A DNA stretch of 63,115 nt, the filler included, from Octopus bimaculoides (taxonomy: Eukaryota): assembly GCF_001194135.2 (NCBI RefSeq). It is 8 parts of 7 records of this genome, joined end to end, with 100 filler letters (N's around TTAATTAATTAA, not from the genome) between each part and the next. Parts side by side here need not be neighbours in the genome. Positions count along the whole stretch, not along the records: positions 48,522 to 56,237 come from NC_068998.1; positions 56,338 to 58,179 come from NC_069007.1; positions 58,280 to 60,770 come from NC_069005.1; positions 60,871 to 63,115 come from NC_068982.1; 4 more parts are not named here. One strand, given 5' to 3'. Both the position numbers and the translations under genes were made by a program. The notes beneath the pieces were generated by a model that saw only the letters and a program-made list of their open reading frames with translations, was not told where the DNA came from and did not search any database. Shown here piece after piece: positions 53,857-63,115 of the stretch (its first letter is position 1; each line of letters begins with the position of its first letter).

Positions 53857-54024
53857 GTAAGCTGTCTTCTTTGCAATTCTGGTTACCATGGTAACAGATT
53901 CTTTATCCCTCAATTGCTCTTCTGTCTTTCTCACATAATCTCCTCTTACAAACCATTTTTTTTCAGATGGCATTGAATCTTTGGAGAACCTTCAGAGCTA
54001 TTTCTCTACTTTTTTGTTGTTTGT

Positions 54025-54398
54025 TTTTTTGTTTGTTTCAGTCACTGGACTGTGATCATGCTGGAGCACCACCTTGAAGGGTTTAGTTGAATAAATCAAC
54101 CTCAGTACTTATTTTAAGTCTGGAACTTATTCTGTCAGTGTCTTTTGTTCAACCACTAAGTTATAGAGATGTAAACAAACCAACTCAAGCTGTCAAGCAT
54201 TCGTAGAAAACAAACACAACAAACACACACACTTATATATATAACAAGCTTCCTCATAGTTTCCATCTACCAAGTTCATTCACAAGGCTTTGGTTGGCCA
54301 GGGGCAAAAGAAGAAGACATTTCCTCAAGGTACTGCATAGTGGGACTGAACCCTAAACCCTATGGTCACAAAGCAAGCTTCTTAACCACATAGCCATG
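54025..54398 (-). mobile_element. SINE family C (54025-54230) and family A (54245-54398)
   Basis: Similarity to other copies in the window. Confidence 0.75.
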
Positions 54399-54409
54399 GG
54401 TAAACTTTC

Positions 54410-54567
54410 GTTTATTGATATTACACAATAGCACAAATTTTACCATAGATATCACTCAATATACTAAATTTTATCAGATATCATGTGATAGATAAAACTT
54501 GATCACAAATACCTCAAAGTAAATTGACTTTCGTATGAATATTATATCATGCTGTAGAAATAAACTT

Positions 54568-54611
<44 letters not shown>

Positions 54612-54953
54612 TTGCAAGATTTTTTATGTGAAATCGTGTGTTGANNNNNNNNNNNNNNNNNNNNNNNNNNNNNNNNNNNNNNNNNNNNNNNNNNNNNNNN
54701 NNNNNNNNNNNNNNNNNNNNNNNNNNNNNNNNNNNNNNNNNNNNNNNNNNNNNNNNNNNNNNNNNNNNNNNNNNNNNNNNNNNNNNNNNNNNNNNNNNNN
54801 NNNNNNNNNNNNNNNNNNNNNNNNNNNNNNNNNNNNNNNNNNNNNNNNNNNNNNNNNNNNNNNNNNNNNNNNNNNNNNNNNNNNNNNNNNNNNNNNNNNN
54901 NNNNNNNNNNNNNNNNNNNNNNNNNNNNNNNNNNNNNNNNNNNNNNNNNNNNN

Positions 54954-54992
<39 letters not shown>

Positions 54993-55620
54993 CTAGAGAT
55001 GAACTTGACCATAGATGCCACACAGTAAATTAACTTTACTATGGATAACACACTTTAGAATACTCTTTATCACAAATATCACACAATAAGTGAAACTTGG
55101 AGGACCACAAATATCAAACAGTAAATTAAACTTTAGTCAAATATTATTTTACAATGTAGGTTAAATTTTTCCTCAGATATAATACTACAGGTATCACTCA
55201 ATAGGATAAACTTCATTTCAGATATATCACAAAAGAATAAACTTTAATGCAGGTATCATGCAATGTAAAACTCAACTGTAGATGTTATAATAAATTAATT
55301 TCACTATGAACTTAATCCAAGTATAAGCAATGAATAAAAATTATCACAGATTTCACACAATAGCTTAAACTTTATCATAGATATCAACTCTTGGGTAAAA
55401 CTTTATCATGAATGACATACAAGAGATTGAACTTTATCGCAGATATCACACAATTGGTAAATTTGACCATAGATATCACAGTAAATTAACTTTAGTATGA
55501 ATACTCTATTATATCTTTGATTAAAAATATATCACACAATAGCTTAAACTTTGCCAAAGATATCAATCATGCAGTACATATAAACTTCATCACATATTGC
55601 ATTGTATATTATGCACATAT
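54410..55620. repeat. Degenerate ~30-bp AT-rich minisatellite
   Basis: Recurrent agatatcacacaatag.ttaaactttatcat-like unit on both sides of the 54645-54953 gap. Confidence 0.65.
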
Positions 55621-55747
55621 TATAAACTTAGGATAAACTTTAAATAAACTTTACTTCCTGCGGTATTTAAAACAGTTCTGAAAGAATGGTTAAAATTAAA
55701 TCTAGCAGCATCAAATAGATTTGCTGGTAATATACTTTTTAAAAATT

Positions 55748-56180
55748 AGGGTGGTAAGCTGGCAGAATTGTTAACACACCCAGCAAAATGCTAAGTGTCT
55801 TTACACTCTGAGTTCAAATTCTGCTGAGCACTTCGCTCTTCTTCCTTCTAGGGTCAATAAAATAAGTAGCAATTAAACACTGGGGATTGATGTAATCGAC
55901 TTATCTCATCTCTCAAAATGGCTGGCTTTGTGCCAAAATTTGAAATCAGTATAAATTTAAGGGTTAAGACGGAAAACTGGCAGAATTATTAACACACTGG
56001 GAAAAATGCTTAGCATTTCATCTATCGCTATGTCCTGAGTTCAAATTCTGCCAAGGTCAACTTTGCCTTTCTTCCTTCCGGGGGTCAATAAAATTATGTA
56101 CCAGTTGAACCCTGGAGTTGATGTAATCGACTCATACCCTCCCCCAAAATTGCTGGCCTTGTGCCAAAATTTAAAACCAA
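55748..56180 (+). mobile_element. Two tandem SINE family B copies
   Basis: ggtaagctggcagaattg... and aactggcagaatt..., each ending gtgccaaaattt. Confidence 0.8.
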
Positions 56181-56364
56181 TATAATTTTTAAAATTCATA
56201 GAATTAGAGAACAACAATATAATCAAACTTAAATTAANNNNNNNNNNNNNNNNNNNNNNNNNNNNNNNNNNNNNNNNNNNNTTAATTAATTAANNNNNNN
56301 NNNNNNNNNNNNNNNNNNNNNNNNNNNNNNNNNNNNNTATATATATATATATATATATATATTG

Positions 56365-56492
56365 GATATACCAAATCCACTCACAAGGCTTTGGTCGGCC
56401 CGAGGCTATAGTAGAAGACATTTTCCCAAGGTGCTGCGCAGTGGGACTGAACCCGGATCCATGTGGTTCGTAAGCAAGCTATTTACTACATT
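56365..56492 (-). mobile_element. SINE family A
   Basis: ccaaatccactcacaaggctttggtcggcccgaggctatagtagaagac...gggactgaacccgg. Confidence 0.85.
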
Positions 56493-57384
56493 AGTCAAGA
56501 AAAAGTCGCATTGTATTAGATAATAAAGGTGAACTGCTATGTGGGCAGACAAACAGGTGAGCTGGCTGTTAGGCGGTCCGTCAGGATGGTGGGCTGGTTG
56601 GCAGGTTGGTAGGAAAGTATTGTGGTGTATTGAAGTGAAACGCAGTGATATGCTGTTCCTGTAATTTGTGACTGTAAGTGATAACACGGATATCAGAATG
56701 AGAACGAGTACGGATATTACACTGATAATCTCATTGTTTGCACAGAACCATTCATCCTTGATATTTACAATAGCAACAACTCCAAGAACAGCAACAACAA
56801 AGACAGAAACGGTAGCAGAGGCTGCAGCAGCGTACGGCGGACAACTGCCAAACCGACGCTGGTTCTGGATTCAACGTTAAAGTGATATATCAACTAAAAG
56901 ATAAATACGACTGCTTCTAATAATATATTACCACTCCTTTTTATACATACTATATACACTAGTTGTGTATATATATACAACTAGTGTGTCTATGTACTAG
57001 TTGTGTACATATGTACACAAGTTGTGTACAAAACGTTCTCGTACGAGTAATGTTTACTCTTTTTTACTGTTTTACTTGTTTCAGTCATTTGACTGTGGCC
57101 ATGCTGGANNNNNNNNNNNNNNNNNNNNNNNNNNNNNNNNNNNNNNNNNNNNNNNNNNNNNNNNNNNNNNNNNNNNNNNNNNNNNNNNNNNNNNNNNNNN
57201 NNNNNNNNATATATATGTATGTATGTGTGTGTGTATTTATCTACCTATATATCTATCTATCTAAATAGATAGATAGATGTGCATTACTTTTTCGTTTCTA
57301 AATACGTAGCCTCTTAAATTAGCTACTCTACAGCAATCCAAACTTACAACGTTCTGCATCGAGGTTATTTTTCTCCCTCTTTAG

Positions 57385-57435
57385 ATATTTTATACGAATC
57401 GTACAGTAAATGGATGAAATATATCCGTAAAATAT
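57385..57435 (+). CDS. Candidate 51-nt phase 1-1 exon (DILYESYSKWMKYIRKI)
   Basis: Strong acceptor ttattttctccctctttag|; donor T|GTATGA; phase-compatible with 53856 and 59025. Confidence 0.3.
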
Positions 57436-58008
57436 GTATGAAATATGGAAATTTCTCACTACACTCCACTTATGATATTCTCCTCTCTATATATTTATAT
57501 ATTTATTACACATAATTTTTTTGTTTTCAAAATGGCGTATTGTGGGCTTTCTGTGTTGATTGTTACCAAATTCAGGTTTATTCTTTTCTCGCTATACAAC
57601 AATTTTGCACGCTTCGCTTTCCGTTCATTTTATGCTCCACAATTCACAGTACGAATTTCACTTTTAACTTTGCAGCTTTCGGTCGAATGATACGGTTATT
57701 TATTTATTTTTTTTCCTTTTCTCCTTTCCCCTCTTTGTATATATATTGTTTGTGAGTCATTGTTTTGGGCCTAAAACTCTCTTGAGTTGATTTGATTTGT
57801 GCAGCTTTCGTACTGTTTACATATTTACAAGCTCTTGGTCAGTCGGCGATTAACATGCGTGATCTCAATACACACACACACACACACATGCACAAGGTAC
57901 GTTTACACAGACAGATACTCAGAGGTATACACTCACATACACATGTAAATGCATGTTTGTATTTAAGTATGTATATGTATTTTTGTATATATCTATCTCT
58001 CCTGTTTG

Positions 58009-58040
<32 letters not shown>

Positions 58041-58279
58041 TGTATCATTCCATCTATCAATCTTTTCACCTATCTACCTATGTATGCATGTGTGTATCAT
58101 GTACATACTTACCAAAATATACATATACATATGTATATATATATGCGTGTTGGTTGATATATATATATATATATATATANNNNNNNNNNNNNNNNNNNNN
58201 NNNNNNNNNNNNNNNNNNNNNNNTTAATTAATTAANNNNNNNNNNNNNNNNNNNNNNNNNNNNNNNNNNNNNNNNNNNN

Positions 58280-58324
<45 letters not shown>

Positions 58325-59024
58325 CATATACGAACATATATACAGAGTTATATATATATATATACATATTTACATATATACTTATTTGCACACATCGCTA
58401 TACACGGTCATATATATTTAGAAGGCTGGTTATTATTATATAATTGGAATGTATTGGTTTCAACTACAAGGGTTCAATTGATCGATCAACCGAATAACTT
58501 GCTGATTGAATTTATGTAAGTTTTACGAACCCAGGGCCATGTCATAGTTCAGATGGGGGCAGAGTAATCAAAGTGCTTCAAGTATATTTAATCAAGGACC
58601 CAATATCTTTACAGACTACTAGCGAAATTGCAATGAAATTCCCATTGTTTGGGCAGGAAGCAGAATTATATTTCATCGCTTTTTCTACTTTTTATCCACT
58701 TAAGTCAGCTTATAATTAAATGTCTTTCCTATTCTCAAAAGTTCGTAATCGTTTAGAAATTTTACGAGTAAGTAGATGTGATTTCAATTTGTCTCTAACA
58801 ACCATGGAACCTGATATTAAAGGACTTGTGAAACTGCATCGGCCTGAAGCATCTCAATGTATAAATACACTAAATATATAATATAATATAATTTTGCTAA
58901 GAGATTTTATTCAAAAAAGTAATGCTTTCCTTTTCTTTTTAAGGAGAGAAAAGGAAGAAATCAAACGATAAGTGAGATATGTTCGACAAAATTAACTTTA
59001 TCCTCCATCAACATTACCACGCAG

Positions 59025-59134
59025 TGAATTCCATTGACCCTCCTACACAAGAATTGGTCTGCAGAGTCGCCAACGGCATCACCATAAAGGAAACGTTCAG
59101 CGAAGAAGAAACTAAATTTTCGGACACGAAATAA
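59025..59134 (+). CDS. Candidate terminal exon (NSIDPPTQELVCRVANGITIKETFSEEETKFSDTK*)
   Basis: Acceptor ...tcctccatcaacattaccacgcag|, phase 1 matching the upstream exon, CpG-containing non-repeat sequence, TAA stop overlapping AATAAA. Confidence 0.45.
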
Positions 59135-60410
59135 AGCTGTCGCTCCCGACGACGACGACGACGGATAGAATTGTTTATGTTATCAGTGTTATTTCAGAAA
59201 AATAATGTCTGATAATAAATGGATATTTTATTGAACCTACAATTGTCTGTTGTTTTTGTGAAATAGGATAATAGAGAATAATTGTACAAAAAGTAGGTCA
59301 CCTTTGAAAAAATATATTTAGCTTTTATTGTTCATAAACGATTGTTCAAAATTTTCTTTTTTTGTTTTGTTACAAATTATCACCTTGGAAACAATCATAA
59401 AAATAAATTTCATGATAATGAAACTAATTTAAAATACTATTCCAATTTCGTTACTTGATAAATTTTACAATTTTTTTTTATCACTTTTAGATTTTTATAA
59501 TTATTACAAAATCGACTTGTTTCTATTACTAAAAAATTATTACAAAACTAAGGTGTTTCCCTTCACTGAAATATGTTTTGAATGTCTAGGGTTACACAAG
59601 AATATTAGGATTCTTAGGGAGGACTATGATCTGCAGAAAGGTTGGAAACAGTTGGACTAGTATAAGATGGGGAGCACACTAGGGTCACGTGTATTTTTAG
59701 GGCTATTTTCAAAAACAATTAGTGTTACATATTGGATACCAAAGGCGCGCCTTCAAATTCATATTTAGAAGTGATTGGTTATTGTTTTCAAAGAATTTTA
59801 TTTGAAAAATAAACTGCGTAAAAACGATTTGTAGGGTGGACCAGTTACAACATGAAACTTTAGGTAGAGTAAGTACCATTGTGTAATCTATAGATTCCAT
59901 TTCTATATACACACTCCCACGCATAAATACATATATACACACATGCACACATAGACACATTCACACACACACACCACACACACACACATATGTACATATA
60001 TATATATATATATGTACATATATATATATATATATGTGTGTGTGTGTATGAAATGCATGTGTGTATATTGTGTATATTCACATCTATGCCTGCAAGTCTT
60101 TTGCACAACTCATGATGTACCTCATGGATATTTTTCCACACACAAAAGTATGTAAATATGTACGCATATATATATATATATATATATGCATGTATATACN
60201 NNNNNNNNNNNNNNNNNNNNNNNNNNNNNNNNNNNNNNNNNNNNNNNNNNNNNNNNNNNNNNNNNNNNNNNNNNNNNNNNNNNNNNNNNNNNNNNNNNNC
60301 TGCTAGATGGTTGTTGCCACTCCAGCGTCTTTATCCCACTCCATTATATTATTCAGCGATGGGTTTTATTTAATTCATTGGAATCGAATATGAGGCCGTT
60401 ATTTAATGAT

Positions 60411-60467
<57 letters not shown>

Positions 60468-60870
60468 NNNNNNNNNNNNNNGTGTGTGTACGTGTACGTG
60501 TGTGCGTATGCGTGTGTGTATGCACACACATACATTGTGAATGCATGCATATATGTGTGTGTGTGAGTGTGTGTGTGTGTGTATGCATATTTATATATAC
60601 ACAAATATATGTGTATGCATCTGTGTGTGAGTATGCATACATATGAATTGTGAGTGCGTGTATATATACATATATATATATATGCATGTATGCAAACATA
60701 TTTAGGCGTATGCATATTTCCTTTTGCATTGAACACACACAAAGTTGCGTGCATCCTTATGTGTGTATATNNNNNNNNNNNNNNNNNNNNNNNNNNNNNN
60801 NNNNNNNNNNNNNNTTAATTAATTAANNNNNNNNNNNNNNNNNNNNNNNNNNNNNNNNNNNNNNNNNNNN

Positions 60871-60903
<33 letters not shown>

Positions 60904-61303
60904 TTAATATATTCATACAGTTTCTTTGAGAGCTCTTGTTAATGACATTCAGGACAAACTAACGATGCTTAAATTGGACAAACTGGCGGCATTCCAAACT
61001 CGTCTGTTCATTATAAACTAGTAGAGAACGCCGTTATGTCAAATGGTCACAATTAAAACTACTCGAGTGGAAATTTAATAAACTAATCAATGTCTGCAAG
61101 CATGTCTGTGTAGAATGGACCGAAAGGCTTCAGATTTTCCTGACAGATAAGGTTAGATTCCATTTCAGATGATGCCATTGGTCATATCGTTATTAATATA
61201 TTCGATCTGCATGACGCAACTGGCGAATAAACCAGACGTTTGCCATCAATGAGATTTTTGCAGTATTCACTGTCTCTCTCTCTCCCTCCTTTCCCCTCTT
61301 TCT

Positions 61304-61370
<67 letters not shown>

Positions 61371-62893
61371 GCACATACACACACATGCAAATATACACAG
61401 ATATATGTATTGGTTTTGGGTTTATGTGTGTTATAGCGTTTTTCTCTGTGTAAACCTATTTCGATTTGTTTATATGCATACCTGCAGTTTATATACATAT
61501 ACATACATACATACAATACATACAAGCATGCATGCATGGTCATATATGCATACGTACATACATACAGAGAGACAGATACACAGGCATACATACATACACA
61601 CACATACACACACATACATACATGCCTGCATACATACATACATACATACATACATACATACATACATGCATACATACATACATAAGGAAGAATGGAGAAT
61701 TAAACATCTTAAAATGTATTTATTAAAGCATTATCCCCATCAAATTCCAATCCGACACTTGTCCTAGAGTCCTTTGATGTAGCAGTAATGTGTACTTAAT
61801 TGATTTAAATTGAAATCAGTTCCAGTAAATATTCATCCATAGCAGACTTTTCTATGCAGCTTTGCACAAGCTTTTATCCATGTGGGTCAAGTATTAGACA
61901 GTTCCTTCTTAAAATATATTCTAAGTGAGAGACCATAAACATCAGGGAAGAGGATAGTAAGGTTTGCATTGAAATATGACGTGACTCTAGTTCTAGTATC
62001 ACTTAGACTAAGAATGACCTCTTTAAATATTAAGAGGATAAATTATTTTATACACTTAGTTGTCGAAAGAACCTTAATTTGGTCAGGATGCATTCATAAC
62101 GCTAACCACACATAATAAAGATAATATAATACAATATAAAATAAATGGACAGATTTAAAAGGAGTCGAAAGAGGAAATATATATCGTTTCACTAGTGTGG
62201 TCAGACCAGTCCATAGCAATAAAGTTTAATACTTTTTAGAATATTAGAACTTTTTATCAATTGAGATGAATAAAGTGAATTGAAATTCTAACCATACTCT
62301 CTTATTTCACAAAGAAAAAATTGTGAGAATTAGTTCAAATTTGTTAAAATCTAACTTTTCGATTATTTGACCAGGTTAACTTATGTACGTGCCTTTTACC
62401 AACGTGATTTCTAATTAAAAACCTTTATTTGTAAAATACTTTTCTAAATGAACACACGCATTTTACTGTTAATTCGCTTCCGCGATTTAATAACCTGCAA
62501 TTATAGATAAGGATATGGTATATTTCTTCCAACTGAGGTCACATATCCTTTAACATCCAGATGAACCCACTGAAAATTGTACAATTCCCTTTTTCCCTAT
62601 TTTTGAAAGAAGAAAGGTGTTTCCGTAATTAAAGTCAATATAACAAACCTATGTAACAATTAGAAATACCATTAGATGTTAGTGTACATCTGTAAACTAG
62701 GTTTTCTCTGCTTCAAGTGGATACACTAATTTGCTCTTACAGTTACAATAATGCTTATTAACATTAACCCTATGCTTACTATTGGTAGAAGTAGTATGTG
62801 CTTCGTCTATAGTATTACGTGAAATCCAATGAAGCGAACTCGGGATTTACCGATCGAGTGAAGTACCGTTTAATTGTTAAACTTAAACAATTA

Positions 62894-63058
62894 GGCGCAG
62901 GAGTGGCTGTGTGGTAAGTAGCTTGCTTACCAACCACATGGTTCTGGGTTCCTTCCACTGCGTGACACCTTGGGCAAGTGTATTCTACTATAGCCTCGGG
63001 CCGACCAAAGCCTTGTGAGTGGATTTGGTAGACGGAAACTGAAAGAAGCCTGTCTATA
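62894..63058 (+). mobile_element. tRNA-derived SINE family A, well preserved
   Basis: aggcgcaggagtggctgtgtggtaagtagc...ggttctgggttcc...gacggaaactgaaagaagcctgtc then (TA)n. Confidence 0.9.
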
Positions 63059-63066
63059 TATGTATA

Positions 63067-63104
<38 letters not shown>

Positions 63105-63115
63105 TTATTAATATT

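Overview
Repeat-dense, AT-rich eukaryotic genomic scaffold with about 8 kb (about 13%) of N gaps. The tRNA-headed SINE families and the microsatellite load look like an octopus (coleoid cephalopod) genome; this is inferred from repeat recognition, not from a search. Almost all ORFs in the supplied track are microsatellite or N artefacts. Host coding sequence is sparse: one convincing 525-nt phase 1-1 exon (+, 53332-53856; His-rich, Thr-run, unidentified protein) and two weaker, phase-compatible downstream exon candidates. The rest is intron or intergenic DNA filled with SINEs (my labels A-E), R4/Dong-like, CR1 and RTE-like LINE 3' ends, a Gypsy 5' end (LTR+PBS+gag), a mariner relic, a Helitron, and Tigger- and piggyBac-type MITEs. 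The most notable signal is a set of minimal type I hammerhead ribozyme (HHR) motifs with palindromic stem III, from at least four unrelated repeat families (4900-4958, 10711-10747/28537-28573, 12844-12886, 33798-33843, plus relics). Two sit in fold-back inverted-repeat elements with Penelope-like geometry. One sits in a ~300-nt non-coding element inside a (TAA)n-punctuated stack of R4/Dong-type insertions.
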